Counted from the first letter of the stretch, positions 1-15,770 are shown. The stretch is 64,000 bases of DNA from Eledone cirrhosa (GCA_964016885.1 CAXHJY010000962.1:21682-85681); one strand, 5' to 3'. Notes: generated by a model from the letters alone, not told the origin. Numbers and translations are program-made.

Positions 1-2482
<2,482 letters not shown>

Positions 2483-2664
2483 TAATAAAAATAATGAATA
2501 AAAACAAAGAAAACAGTTCCTTATATTAAAAAATTCATCATATTACGATCGTTTCTAGGATATATATGTGTGTGTGGTATGTATATCATATATATCTATG
2601 TAAAAGTTTTACAAACTATCAGAGGGAATATACATACCTACACATATATATGCTGTCTTCAGAA

Positions 2665-2785
2665 ATAATTGTTTCTACTTTGGCACAAGGCCATCAATTA
2701 CCCATTGCATCACTGGTACTTTATTCTATCGACCCCGGAAGTATGAAAGGCAAAGTTAACCTCGGCAGGATTTGAACTCAGATCA
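2665..2785 (-). mobile_element. tRNA-derived SINE (Nin-domain-like), 5'-truncated
   Basis: Reverse complement of the recurrent consensus GAGTTCAAATCC...ACTTTGCCTTTCATCC...GGGGTCGATA...AAAGTACCAG...GGCCTTGTGCC. Confidence 0.85.
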
Positions 2786-3536
2786 TACAGGGTTCAAATC
2801 CCGCCGAGGTTAACTATGCTGTTTTTCAGAAATAATGATATTTGTTTATTGAAAAGGACCAACAAAGATTTAATATAATAGGTCTGTTTGGGAACAGGTT
2901 TTGAATTGACCAATAGAAAAGTAGTAAGTGGTCAAGTTGATAGCTTAGTAGTAGTAGAAATTTAATTTAGGGGTAGAGGAATGCAGACTTTAGTTTTCAA
3001 TGGAAAGAGTATTTTGAATGAAAAGATTACTTTGGGGATGAAAATAGGTCAAGCCGGTAAAAGGTACACCAAAATTTGATATTATTAAAGAATAATGCTA
3101 ATATTAAAATCTAAGGAGAATAAAATGTTACTATAAATGTGTTAGTGACAAATATCAATCTAGTTTAAAACATGAGGAATATAGATCTATAAAAAGAAAA
3201 TAAATTAATTTAATTGATAGGTATATTTATAGGGATAAATTTATATTAATTCATATAGATATGATAAATAAGAGTTAGATGTTATTAAAGAATGTTGTTA
3301 AAAAGGAAGAAAAAAAAATGTGTGTGTGTGTGGGGGGGGGGGGGGATAAATGTATTAGTGAGAAATAACAAATTTATATAGATTATAAGTAATTTAGATT
3401 CATAACAGGAAATTAAAATAGTTTATATGTATACTTATAGGTATAAATTTTAGGAAAAGATAGCTGTAAAAGGGAAATAAAATTATGCAGTTCTTAGTAG
3501 TACAATATTAATTATAGGTTAACTAATTTAAACAAA

Positions 3537-3800
3537 TTAATTATAATAATTGTAAAATATAAGTGTATATTTATTAGGTTTATAATATTTGAAAGTTTTT
3601 CTAATTCTATGATTACATGATATAATTAATTCTTGTCGCTTATTTAATAGGATATCCTTAGATTTCATTATTTCAAAACGTTCCTGGCAACATAATCTAC
3701 ATTCATATCTATTATTTTGATAAGGGGTGGGCCTTTTGAGCACACTCCAGGTCAAGTTATAATCGATATTCTTTTTTCTATAATTATTAATTAATGCGGC
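3537..3800 (-). mobile_element. Penelope-like element, GIY-YIG C-terminal remnant
   Basis: NIDYNLTWSVLKR..YQNNRYECRLCCQERFEI..LLNKRQELIISCNH parallels the C-terminus of the PLE at 8367-8756; truncated at a (TA)n tract. Confidence 0.8.
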
Positions 3801-3805
3801 ATTTA

Positions 3806-3861
<56 letters not shown>

Positions 3862-3865
3862 AAAT

Positions 3866-4977
3866 ATAGCTTAGAGTTTAGACTCAATGGGGTCATTTAC
3901 AATCATTTCAGCTCCAAGAATCGCCTCTGAGCAGAATAAATTAATATTTGATGAACATTTACATGTTTTAGTTGCAATTGACTAATAAAATCGCTAGAAT
4001 GAAATATCTTAATTCAACAACATAAAGTTTGCCTGTACGATCTAAAAAATATTAAATCAATACTCACAGACTCATATGGGCAAAAAGCCTTGGTACCTAG
4101 ACACGTTTAAAATTCAAAATACAAACTTTTTCCGCAAATCGGTCAGAACTTCAAACTTCAAACATGTTTCACAAAGGATGGTATAATAGTGAAATATTTA
4201 ACTAATTAGCAGTGAGTTAATCGACTTTTTCTGTGTTTATCAATAGGTACCCAGATAAAATTAAATAACTCCACCTCAGAAAAATATCTAAGGTCTGGTT
4301 AGCGTAGCGAAAATACACGAGGTTTTGCACACGGCTTATTCCAGTCCTCTAACGTCCCACACATAGTGCTAGAAATAACAGCCGTTTATATGGGATTACA
4401 AATTCAGCTCACCTGGGGGAGCAGTGATAAATAGCTTAGAGTTTAGACTCAATGGGGTCATTTACAATCATTTCAGCTCTAAGAATTGCTTATGAGCAGA
4501 ATAAATTAATATTTGATGAACATTTACATGTTTAGTTGCAATTGACTAATAAAATCGCTAGAATGAAATATCTTAATTCAACAACATAAAATGTGCCTGT
4601 ACGATCTAAAAAATAATAAATCAATAGATATTTTTCTGAGGTGGAGTTATTTAATTTTATCTGGGTACCTATTGATAAACACAGAAAAAGTCGATTAACT
4701 CACTGCTAATTAGTTAATTATTTCACTATTATACCATCCTTTGTGAAACATGTTTGAAGTTTGAAGTTCTGACCGATCTGCGGAAAAAGTTTGTATTTTG
4801 AATTTTAAACGTGTCTAGGTACCAAGGCTTTTTGCCCATATGAGTCTGTGAGTATTGATTTATTATTGTTTAGATCGTACAGGCAAACTTTATGTTGTTG
4901 AATTAAGATATTACATTCTAGCGATTTTATTAGTCAATTGCAACTAAAACATGTAAATGTTCATCAAATATTAATAT
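3866..4977. repeat. Direct + inverted repeat block (pLTR-like), degenerate HHR-like motif
   Basis: 4430-4625 directly repeats 3866-4062; 4626-4977 is the reverse complement of ~3938-4290; CTGAGGT...GAAACATGTT in the + arm; flanked by (TA)n. Confidence 0.8.
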
Positions 4978-5324
4978 ATAAATATATATATATAAATATA
5001 TATAAATATATATAAATATATATAAAAATATATATATATATCAATATATATAAATATATATATAAATATAGATATATATATATAAAATATATATATATAA
5101 ATATATATATATAAATATAGATATATATATAAATATATATATAAATATATATATAAATATATATATAAATATATATAAATATAGATATAAATATATATAT
5201 TAATATATATATGAATATATTTTAAATATATATCAAAATATATATATATATATAAATATACATATAAATATATATATATATATATAAATATATAGAAATA
5301 TATATATATTTATGTGTGTAGATT

Positions 5325-6058
5325 TTATTTTTATTTCTATGTTCTCTAATTTGCCCTTATGTTATATTTTAGCATGTTGGTGGAGTACTGATGTGTCTTT
5401 TCTATCCTGGAGTTCTGGTGTTCATTTAATCGTTCTCCTCTGCTACGAGCTGTCTCACCTATGTACATTATATTCTTATCTTTACATTTTCCCCCAGTAC
5501 ATCTTATGCTATATACTATGTTTCTAGTTTTAAAGTTAATATGAGGGCTTAGTTTACAGATTATGCATTTCTTATCTATACAGGGGGGGTCTTTGAAAAG
5601 GGTATGTATTACTAATAAGTGTTTTTATGGAGGTTCCTGGTCTTTCCACTATCTTAATATTTAGTTTAAATTTATATAGGGCCCTTCTAAATGTGTAAAT
5701 TAGTTCACCTCTAGAGATTGTATTGATGAACATTACACTCTGGTATTTATTGCTATCATACCATGAATTTATTTCATTAACCTTATTCCGAGTTCTTTCT
5801 ATGATTTTACAAAATTTGCTCCTATACAATGGGCAGGTCCCATTTGTATTATTATTTACCATTTTTTCCCATTTGGTTCTGGCTCCTCTATGCACTCTGA
5901 TTTTATCTCTCTGATTGTAACCAGACAACTGCATACAGTGGATGAAGTGTTGTATGTGTCTCTCTAGTTCTTTGGGGTTGCACATGCGGGACACGTTCCT
6001 CATCACCCTTACTAAATCCGCAATCAGTATGCATTATTTCGGTGTGATCCGAAAAATA
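5325..6058 (-). mobile_element. PLE family A, inverted 3' segment (thumb/GIY-YIG region)
   Basis: Near-identical in reverse complement to ~19250-19980 (MMRNVSRMCNPKELERH..., KIVERPGTSIK). Confidence 0.9.
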
Positions 6059-6059
6059 G

Positions 6060-7022
6060 AAGCGTAACCTAATACAAGAAGATCACCACACCAAGACAAA
6101 TATTAGAATATATAAATATTATATACGAAGAAGAAAAATACATCATCCAAGAATGCAACAAACACTTTAACAAGACATTAATGTGGCTCAAACAATAGAA
6201 CAGTGACCCAGTCACAGGACCACCATCACGGCCAGTCTCTGGAGCTAACATCGCTAGTAACTACAGACTTTCCTACTTCCACTCCCTGATGGTACGCCCC
6301 ATCATTGAGATGTCCCCGGATATATGTGACAGCATATCATCAGCAGAATCAGCGAAGATAACCTGTCTAGGGACCTAACAGACTGTATAATAGGTAGTAT
6401 GGATGTAGTGTCCCTATACCCATCCATTGACGTGGGGAAATGCGTGGAAATGATCAGTGAGAACAATGTTGAATTCCGTGGGATTGATACCAGTGAGCTG
6501 CGAGTCCTACTTAAACTCATATATAATAATGATTACCTAGATACGTATGACCTTAGCAACCCTTTCCCCACAAGGCCAGCACAGGGCAGACCGCCTACCA
6601 TTACTTCAATAGCCAAGAAAACCCACACAGAAAGATGGAACGGGTGGACCAGAGCCATACGGACCACCGAAAACCACGTTGTACTAAAGAAAATGATTGC
6701 ACATAATGTGGGGGTCAGTATAAAACTAACCCTTAAGGAACATATGTTCAAATTTAATGGAAAAATATATGCTCAAGAGGAGGGAGCAGCAATTGGCGTT
6801 AGCATTACAGGTGACATAGCCAACCAATTTATGGTATGGTGGGACAATAAACTTAAAGAACAATTAGAAGACAACAATCTCTTAACCCTGCTTATGTACT
6901 CCCGCTACGTTGATGATATAAACATCGTAGTAAAAACACCCCCACTAGAGAACAGTCAGGAATTAGAGAAAAACACCATGGAAAGCATCCAGCAAATAGC
7001 TAACTCCATCAACCAGAGTATC
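6060..7022 (+). mobile_element. PLE family A reverse transcriptase segment
   Basis: MDVVSLYPSID, GAAIGVSITGDIANQFMVWWD, YSRYVDDINIV; paralogous to ~18265-19095. Confidence 0.92.
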
Positions 7023-7024
7023 AA

Positions 7025-7242
7025 AGATAAATTTTCAGAATGTCATTTAAAGATTATCAATCTGCATCTAAAAATATAGTAAGAGGGGTTTCCTCAGAAA
7101 AATAATGTCAGAATTAAAAATAATGTCAGAATTAAAATAATGTCGGAAATTAAAATATTAAATATATATATTAAAAATATTATAAATATTAGATATAAAA
7201 ATTTTTTAGAAATATTAAAAATATTTTAAAAATTTACATTTC
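7025..7242 (-). repeat. Inverted pLTR of PLE family B
   Basis: Reverse complement of ~8760-8965, the 3' flank of the same element; an inverted 5' pLTR is typical of PLEs. Confidence 0.8.
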
Positions 7243-8965
7243 AATTAATAAAAAGGTCGTATCATTTTGACGGTGTATTATGAATTAAAAATAGTTCTGA
7301 ACATGGAATTTTGGTGACGTTTGCAAGAAGAAAATAATTCTGTTCTGAGATTTATTAGAGTTTTGTCAGTTAATTATATAAAACATATCTTCGATATACA
7401 ATTTACAGAATCTTGATAAAGCCATATTTCGGTATGCAGGTGCTTTCGAAATCGTTCTCCAAGATATTAATAATTTATTAATAATGTACTGCATAGGAAA
7501 ATGCCAGAGATCACCGGGGTTTTATATCGTGACGATATGTTTCTTTTAACTGAAAACCATAGCAATAGTGAAATTAAAAGGAAAAGAAAATCCATAATAC
7601 AATTTTTTGAACATCTACAATTTAAGTTAGAAATAGAGAATAACTACAAAATCGTTAACTTCTTAGCTGTAACTTTAAACCTTAGCACAAATCTTTACTA
7701 TGCTTGCCATAAAATTAAGGAAAATCTAAATTATTTAAGTTTCAATTCTAATCATCCTAAAGTATTAAAAACACTATTGTCAATAGCGTCCAACAACGGA
7801 TTTCACGCATCTCCGCTAATAAAAATATTTTTGATGATAAGACTGAATATTATAATGAAGCTTTACATTGAGCAGAATACTCAAATAGAATTAAATACAT
7901 AGATAACAATAACATAACATATCATCCTAGTATTAACTGAGACACTAAACCAAACAGAAAAACTAGAACTAGAAATATTATTTGGTACTCTCCCCCATTC
8001 TCATTAAGCGTTAAAACACGTTTAGCAAAGCTATTCTTTAACGCACTAGATAAATATTATCCTAAAGCCCACAGATACCACTCTATTTTTAACAGACACA
8101 CTATAAAACTATCCTACTCTACTACTATTAACATAGCACAACATATAAATAGAATTACTAATAGAAACTTAAATTTAAACCCTAACCAAACTAACCAAAA
8201 TAGCAATAATAATATTTCTAACAAAAATATTCAGAATAATAGTACCGTTCCGAACAACAATAACTCCAGTAAATGTAACAGTAGAATCAAATCAAACTGC
8301 CCTTTACAAAATAATTGTTTAGACAAAAACATAGTTTATAAATGCACAGTTAAAACTAGAGACAAAATGTTTAACTTAGTTGGTGCCACTTCTACAAAAT
8401 TTAAAGAACGCTGGAATAACCATAAACATACATTTAAGAGATCTGATAAAAAATCTTCTACTTCACTTTCACATCTAATTTGGAATTTAAAAGACAACAA
8501 TATAGACTATTCAATATCTTGGAGAACGATTTCGAAAGCACCTATATACCGAAATATGGCTTTATCAAGTTTCTGTAAATTGTGTATCGAAGAAATTTTT
8601 TATATAATTAAATGTCAAAACTCTATTAATCTCAGAACAGAATTATTTTCTTCTTGCAAACATCGCCAACATTCCACGTTCAGAACTATTTTTAATATCT
8701 ATAATATTCCCATACACCTTCAAAATGATCCTACCTTTTTAAAAATTGAAATGTAAATTATTTTTAATATTTTTTATATTTTTAATATCTTTTTAATATT
8801 TTTAATATTTCTAAAATGTTCTAATATCTCTAATATTTATATATATTTAATATTTAATTTCCGACATTATTTTAATTCTGACATTATTTTTCTAAGGAAA
8901 CCCCTCTTAATATATTTTTATATGTAGATTGATAATCTTTAAATGACATTCTGAAAATGTATTCG
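7243..8965 (+). mobile_element. PLE family B (Penelope/Poseidon-like), frameshifted RT + GIY-YIG
   Basis: LYRDD, NSNHP, RNIIWYSPPFS, CPLQNNCLDKNIVYKC, FKERWNNHKHTFK, TSLSHLIWNLKDNNIDYSISW, CKLCIEE. Confidence 0.9.
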
Positions 8966-9439
8966 CTTTACGATAGATATTCGAAAATCACATTATATTT
9001 TTCCACTCTTTTTTTTTTGTTATTCAAACATTCACACATCTTTCGACTAAAATAATGGATCTCAATCAAAATAATATATAATTTTCTCTAAATATTTTGG
9101 AGTAAATCATTCATCTAATTTAATGGTTAACAAACAAATTTGGAGTTATCTTTCCTTTCTCAATTGTGCAAAAATAAACATATTATCTTTGATAATCTGT
9201 ATAGCTTCCCTAAATTAACAATATTCAGAAAACATTTTCAATGCTGAACAAAATTTTTGAATCCACAATTTCTACTACTCTCACAACTTGAACCACCCAT
9301 TTTAAAGAAAAATACAAAATCAACATCCTTCGTAATTCATATTTGATATATAAACAACTAATAATTATAAATTATCTCTATTTCTATAATATTAATACAT
9401 GCGCAATTCTTAATATATATGTAGATATTTATATACATA

Positions 9440-10135
9440 TATTGTTATACTTTGGGAGGGTCATGTTGCCAATAAGAAACACACGCACCAGTTGCTTTCA
9501 CTTCAATTTATTATAAATTAAATTCATAAATTCTGTGTAGATTCTATTTATAGAATCTACACACAGAAAAGACGCAATGTTTAGACACATCACAGAGGCA
9601 ATAAACATAAATGAACTCCAACCAAAATTAAATAGAAAGCATGAATGGAATAGCAACATCACAACTTACAATTAAGAACAAAATGAAAACACACACACAC
9701 ATAGAACAAACAACCAACTAGTAACATGTAAATAAACAAATAAATAAACAAATATAAACACACACAGACACCCGGATGTAACACATGCGCAAACTAAGCA
9801 CACAACATACACAAAAACAAGATGGCGTAAGACAGAACAAAGGAGAAGCACAAAAACAAAGAAATGAACCCCCAGTCACTGAAGAGGTCACATAATGTGT
9901 GACGAAAAAACTTTGACAATATATGAACAATCGTCTGGTTGTGAAACCAACCAACGAACCGGAAATTTATAAATTCCTAAATTTATAAATTTAATTTATA
10001 ATAAATTGAAGTGAAAGCATCTGGTGCGTGTGTTTCTTATTGGCAACATGACCCTCCCAAAGTATAACAATATCGGTTTCAACACACGTTTTCAGATAAA
10101 GAATCTTGGTAAACAAATTCAGAAACGAAATATAT
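9440..10135 (+). mobile_element. PLE family A extreme 3' end with inverted pLTR
   Basis: 9560-10135 matches ~19983-20520; 9440-9530 is the reverse complement of ~9985-10075; small hairpin at the junction (9532-9567). Confidence 0.85.
9875..9917 (+). ncRNA. Hammerhead ribozyme (type I) in the PLE-A pLTR, stem III degenerate
   Basis: gtca CTGAAGA ggtcacataatgtgtgac GAAA aaa CTT tgac; stem I gtca/tgac, stem II gtcaca/tgtgac. Confidence 0.7.
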
Positions 10136-10514
10136 ACATACAACCTATCGTAATGTAATAAGATAAAAATACTTACAACCATAATTCTTCATAATATATA
10201 ATTGATTATATATACAATATTATTAACTCATAATATAGGTAAATAACTCCCCCTCCGCCAAATTAACGTAAATGCTAGCTCTTCTTCCTTTTTCTTCTTT
10301 CCTACCCATACAATAACTTATAATTATTTAAATTTTCCATAGCGTCTAAAATAACGTTTTTTTCAGCCCGTTTACCTAAACATCATTTGCATACTCATCT
10401 TAATAATTTGAAATATCTGAATTTTCTTCTCTTATCCCTTCACTATCCAAGGATAACATGGACCGTTAAGATATATTCTCTTTCGTTATGTCAAAATTTA
10501 TAAAACACACTTCG

Positions 10515-10575
10515 TATTTTATCTGATGATAGCGTACCAAAAAGTTGGTACCCTTGAAATATATATAATAGAATA
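10515..10575 (+). ncRNA. Hammerhead ribozyme (type I), AUA site
   Basis: tattttat CTGATGA tagcgtaccaa-aaag-ttggtaccctt GAAA tatat ATA atagaata; 8-bp stem I. Confidence 0.8.
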
Positions 10576-10722
10576 AATATGGTTTTATAAATATAGTTTC
10601 CATTTATTTAATATCCTTGTATATATATATATATATATAAGTTATTCTGGGTTCAATCGGGGGTAACCACAGGAAGTAAGGTACTCAATACATAGCAGAT
10701 TATAAAGGTTTTAATATAGAAA

Positions 10723-10774
10723 AGCTTACTACGGGACTAGAACTGTTTCATTCATGAGAAATCATCAGGAAGCT
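10723..10774 (-). ncRNA. Hammerhead ribozyme motif, GUC site
   Basis: rc: agcttc CTGATGA tttctcatgaat GAAAC agttcta GTC ccgtagtaagct; same family as 13076 and 53220. Confidence 0.7.
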
Positions 10775-11445
10775 GACTGTGCAAGTAAATGTGGTGGTAT
10801 TTATATCTTTTCTGGTGGTAGGAGAGGGTGGGGATCGGGATGGGTGGAGGTTATTGGTTGATGGATTTAAAGAAAATGGAGTTAATTAAAAGCTAATTTT
10901 TAAAGCTATAGTATTAACAAAGGCAGAAAAATACTGTAAACAAATTAAAATTGGATTCAATCCTTGTTTTTCTCTTAAACTAACAATGCCTGTAAGTCAG
11001 GTCTCCTCAGGATGGGTAATGATTGTTGGTTTAACGAAAAGGGAAATTCTTTAGAAGCTAATTCTTTAAGGCTGAAATAATGGTGACAAAGGCAGAAAGG
11101 GTTCTATAAACAGCTTCAAGTGTTGGGGGTGTTTCCCCTTATTGTGAAGTTTCTCTTAATTTATATACCAGGTGTCAACAAGCACATTCACACACGTACC
11201 CACTTACACACGTACACACACATGTACACACGCACACACACACACAACAAACATAAATATAAATACATACACACATGTCGAATATATATATATATATAGG
11301 AAAAGAGTCAGGTCCCCGACGGCTGAGCTCCGGCCGTTTCGAGACCCTATTTACATTACTTATTGAGTACGCTGAGATGCAACCGGCCCTAGCATTGATA
11401 CATGTGCTGGGTCCGTTAACTTCTTAATATATATATATATAAGTT

Positions 11446-11633
11446 AAGGCGGTGGATTGGCAGTATCGGTAGAGGGTCGGACGCCATGCCTTCCAGCATA
11501 GTTACGTCCTTTTACGATCTGAGTTCAAATCCCGCCGAGGTTGACTTTGCCTTTCATCCTTACGGGGTCGATAAAATAAAGTACCAGTAATGAACTGGTT
11601 AATTGCTGGCCTTGTGCCTAAAGTAGACACAAA
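11446..11633 (+). mobile_element. tRNA-derived SINE, full length
   Basis: A-box-like TGGCAGTATCGG, B box GAGTTCAAATCC, Nin-like core, GGCCTTGTGCC tail. Confidence 0.9.
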
Positions 11634-11699
11634 TATATATATATAAGTTAAAGAATGAAGAGTAACGTGGTTGGCTGTACAATAAGGGCTTTATTTAAA

Positions 11700-11810
11700 G
11701 TACTGACAATTGTTTCGTTGATCAGGTGGGTATAGAGTTCGGTAATCGCTTGAGGTTGCGTTATTCGATCTCCAATACATTATTCACCCATGGTCAACAC
11801 ATCAGAGTAC
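11700..11810 (-). ncRNA. Hammerhead-like motif with long stem II, core A9 mutated
   Basis: rc: gtact CTGATGT gttgacc...gatcaac GAAAC aatt GTC agtac. Confidence 0.65.
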
Positions 11811-12522
11811 GCAGTTTCGCTTATTTATGAATACCATTAATTTAACAGTACAGCACCCTATTTTATATAGATACATATATACATATATGATTTTAATACG
11901 CCTATTATAGGTAAATTCGTCCTATTTTATTCTCAGTTATATGTATATTGAGAAATCTCTTAGTGAATTATATACTAAACTTAACCAGGTACAACTACTT
12001 TTCTACTTAATAGCGTTTCTGATAATTGATTATCTCTTTGAGATGTAACTTTGTCTCGTGTTTAGTCAGTTTAACCCGCGATATAAATATATACAATAAT
12101 TATAATTTTCATTAATTATCTCCCTTTCCCCATATTGACCATTATTTTTCAATTACAGAAAAAGTGTGAAAGATGCATTTCACAAATTCATAAAACCTCA
12201 AAAAAATTTCTTTCCACTTACTTTTTCTTAATTCACATTACACTAATTCTATCTTATATACATTTATACACACCAGGTCCGAACACAAGAGAAACAAATT
12301 CCCTCTGTCACCGCCTCTGTCCCTTCCGCTCGCCATCTCTTACTATTGTGAGCAAATGGGGGCTCACACTTTGGCCGCCCTCAACTCTGCCGATGTTGGT
12401 GAGCAGCGACTTAGGCCTAAGGCCAAGGACACCAGAAGTCTCCGAATTATGATAATCCTTTCATATCCATAACTTGGTGCAAATAACTGATTTACATGAC
12501 TAATCATTGAAATTAGTTTCTA

Positions 12523-12650
12523 GCATTCTGAAGGAGGTATTTTATGTTTCTACGACTCGCTTTCAGTTTTTTCAATAATGAAAACAAGTTGATAGTATAC
12601 AGCACTTAAACGAGTTCATTTCACAGATTACCCGAAACAATTGTAAGTAA
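12523..12650 (+). ncRNA. Degenerate hammerhead-like motif with long stem II
   Basis: CTGAAGG aggta...taccc GAAAC aatt GTA; weak stem I. Confidence 0.4.
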
Positions 12651-13018
12651 TTAAAACAGCTTTTAATGAAAGTAGATTGATTTTATTTTAATACTTCTGA
12701 ATGTACATACTCTACTTATTTCCTAAATTCATCTCTAACGTTTTCCACACTTTAACCAAACTTTTCTCTTAACTCCTATTTTGCATGATATAAACATTGA
12801 TCAACCACTTCTTTCTCAGGCTGGCAAATACACTCTATAAGTCTGTCTCTACTCTCCTTTGAGAATTGATTGTATAGTTCTACATTATATATATATATAT
12901 ATGTTGTGTTGAGGCAAATAACTGTATATTCTCTGGTAATGTATCTTACATTGCCCATTGAGTGCACTGAGATACAACCGGTCCTGGCATTGATAAATAT
13001 GCTGGGTCCGTCAACCCT

Positions 13019-13075
<57 letters not shown>

Positions 13076-13076
<1 letters not shown>

Positions 13077-13124
13077 ATTCCTGATGATTTCTAAAGAATG
13101 AAACAGTTCTAGTCCTGTAGAATC
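13076..13124 (+). ncRNA. Hammerhead ribozyme motif, GUC site, in a short element between (TA)n tracts (13074-13210)
   Basis: gattc CTGATGA tttctaaagaat GAAAC agttcta GTC ctgta gaatc. Confidence 0.7.
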
Positions 13125-13207
13125 TCATCTATATTAAAACTTTTATACTCTGCAATGTATTGAGTACCTTACTTACTGTGGTTACCTCCGACTCAACCCG
13201 GAATAAC

Positions 13208-13259
<52 letters not shown>

Positions 13260-13641
13260 CAACCTCTTAGACATCTTGAATCGTTAATAATCGCAGCAAC
13301 GCAAATGTTCCAAAGGAAATATGAAAAAGTGTTTAATAAAGAGAGATTAAACCGGAAAAAACGTTTGAATCTTTAATAAACCACGCTCGAAATAAAAGGT
13401 CTTCCATAATTACAGAAATATGTGTATTTAAAATATGTATGCCTCAACGCAAATGAGCAAATTATTAATAATTGACGACCATAAATGGCGACGAAAAAAT
13501 TGTGGACAGAGGCAACTCTGTCTAATCCGCGTCTGGACTATATTCTTTATACTGATAGAATATTTTATTATTATGATTATTTGGGTTGGGATGCACTTCG
13601 TTTAAATTTGCCGATTTGCGATCCCTCTGAAGTCAACTGCA

Positions 13642-13678
<37 letters not shown>

Positions 13679-14322
13679 TATATATATAAATATAAATACG
13701 TATATATATATATATATGTATACACACACACACGCACACACACATACACATAGACACACACATACACACACACACCCATATATATATATATATTATATAT
13801 AAATATAAATATGTATGTATAATATGCGTGTTTAAGACACTTTGACAGATAAATTGTAGAGCAACGAGGGGGCGAATAATAAGGAAAGAAAGAAAATAAG
13901 CCGAAGAAGAAAGAGGATGAGACAGAGATACATACAGACAGACAAATTGAGAGATTTAAGATGCAATATACTACCTGTACATCTTGCCATAACAAAGTAA
14001 ATTGAAAAGTAACTGTAAGGAATTTTAATAAACACTGACAGTCGTAAAGATCTTTTAGTCTAAGAGTTGTCATTAATTCTGGCCTTATGGAAAGATATTG
14101 TTCTTTTGTTCACTGATATAGTAAATACCAATAGCCTGCTGGCGAAATTTGGGACGGAATGACCTTTACAGGTCATTGGCAATTTCTGATTCCAGGAAAG
14201 ATATACAATGAGATGCGAATGTGTAAGTAATGGCAATATTTGAGAGATGCTTGTTGGGAAAGATACATCGATAATTAGATTGGCAGAGATAGATTGACAG
14301 ATATATATATATATATATATAT

Positions 14323-14324
<2 letters not shown>

Positions 14325-14356
<32 letters not shown>

Positions 14357-14530
14357 CCGTTTTAAGTCCGTTCTTCCACGCTAGCATGGGTTAGACGGGT
14401 TGTCCTGTTGTAGGCAGTGTCTGGTCGGCTGACCATGCCTTGCTCATACAGGAACTGATCTGGCTTGATTTCTACAGCTGGATGTCCTTCCCAACTCCAA
14501 CCTCATTTACAGTGAGTGATGGGTGCTTTT
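14325..14530 (-). mobile_element. SINE fragment with (ATG)n tail (Meta-domain-like core, RTE-like tail)
   Basis: rc: GGTTGGAGTTGGGAAGGACATCCAGCTGTAGAAA ... ATGCTAGCGTGGAAGAACGGACTTAAAACGG(TGA)n. Confidence 0.55.
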
Positions 14531-14549
14531 TCGTGGCGCCTACATATAT

Positions 14550-14976
14550 ATATATAGAGGTAGATATATATAGAGAGGTAGATAGCTATATAGATAGGTA
14601 TATATATACAGAGAGGTAGATAGATACAGAGAGGTATATATACAGAAAGGTAGATATATACAGAGAGGTAGATAGCTATATAGATAGGTATATATATACA
14701 GAGAGGTAGATATATACAGAGAGGTAGATAGCTATATAGATAGGTATATATATACAGAGAGGTAGATAGATACAGAGAGGTAGATATATACAGAGAGGTA
14801 GATATATACAGAGAGGTAGATAGCTATATAGATAGGCAAAGGGAAAAGAAAAACAGATTTTAGGGAAGAGTGAAGGCAGGATACAGTGTTAGGGTGTTAA
14901 AGTGGGGACTGATGGTGGGAGAGAGATTTATAGGGGGAAGTAGACTTATGAAGTAGTGTAGAGAGATAGATAGTGA

Positions 14977-15074
<98 letters not shown>

Positions 15075-15137
15075 TTAGGAGAGAGAGAGACAGAGACAGC
15101 GCAAGACAGAGAGATAGAGATAGATAGAGAGAGAGAC
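14550..15137. repeat. AGAGAGGTAGAT-based minisatellite and (GA)n tract
   Basis: Tandem units at 14550-14836; (GA)n at 14985-15137. Confidence 0.9.
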
Positions 15138-15196
15138 TGTATATAGAATAAGAAAATACGAAGTAGTTTCAGATGTTAAAGTCTTTTATTGATAAT

Positions 15197-15271
15197 GCTG
15201 TTATACATATTTCAATGATGACAGTGGCCACACGATTCTGTGTACCCAGTGCCGTGACCTCATCAGACAGC
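15197..15271 (-). ncRNA. Hammerhead ribozyme (type I), AUA site
   Basis: rc: gctgt CTGATGA ggtcacggcactgg...ccactgtcatcatt GAAA tatgt ATA acagc; perfect 5-bp stem I. Confidence 0.75.
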
Positions 15272-15399
15272 TTCTTATATAATAAGATTACCTTCCCGAG
15301 GTAATCCAGACAGAAACGATAAGGGAACGGACAAAGCGTGTGTTCTTGAACCGCCTGCCCGTCCCCTGTATAATTATATATATATGGCGGGTAAAATTT

Positions 15400-15770
15400 C
15401 TGAGATCCATGGACGAGTTCTCTCCAGCGGTCTCTGTCCCTCATTATCGCTGCCATGACCTGCGTCTCCAACAGACCAGTGTCTGTCTTTAGGGCATCAA
15501 CATACGTTAACCTTGGTCTTCCTCTTCCAGTGTGTCTATGTAGGGCCTCCCACAGGAGCACTGAGTGCAATGTCAACTCTGGATGTCGGTGAGCATGTCC
15601 AGCTAACCTCAGTCTCCTGTGTGTCACTTTTGAGCTGACTTTAGGGCGGCTCTCATACAGCTCTGGGGTTTTCCTCCTCAGTGTATACTGATTAATGTTC
15701 AGAGCCATCCTCAGCATTCTCGTGTAGCACCCATCCACTATCTGAGTGAGTTTCTTGGTCAGTCTCAGGC
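15400..15770 (-). mobile_element. RTE-clade LINE 3' end remnant
   Basis: DGCYTRMLRMALNI...RRLRLAGHAHRH...GRGRPRLTYVDALKTD...DRDRWR. Confidence 0.85.

Noticed and set aside
2540-2560. Hammerheads at GAAACGATCGTA (2544-2555 on -, and ~63067 on +) and GAAACGTC (~52016 on -)
   Set aside because: Only the 3' half is readable; no CUGANGA box at a suitable position, so not counted
3940-4015. Plus-strand HHR reading TTGATGA...GAAATATC
   Set aside because: Core mismatched and stems weak; the opposite strand gives an equally degenerate candidate, so unresolved
11446-11540. tRNA genes
   Set aside because: A/B boxes are present, but no cloverleaf was evident and they are always fused to the SINE body, often with TSDs
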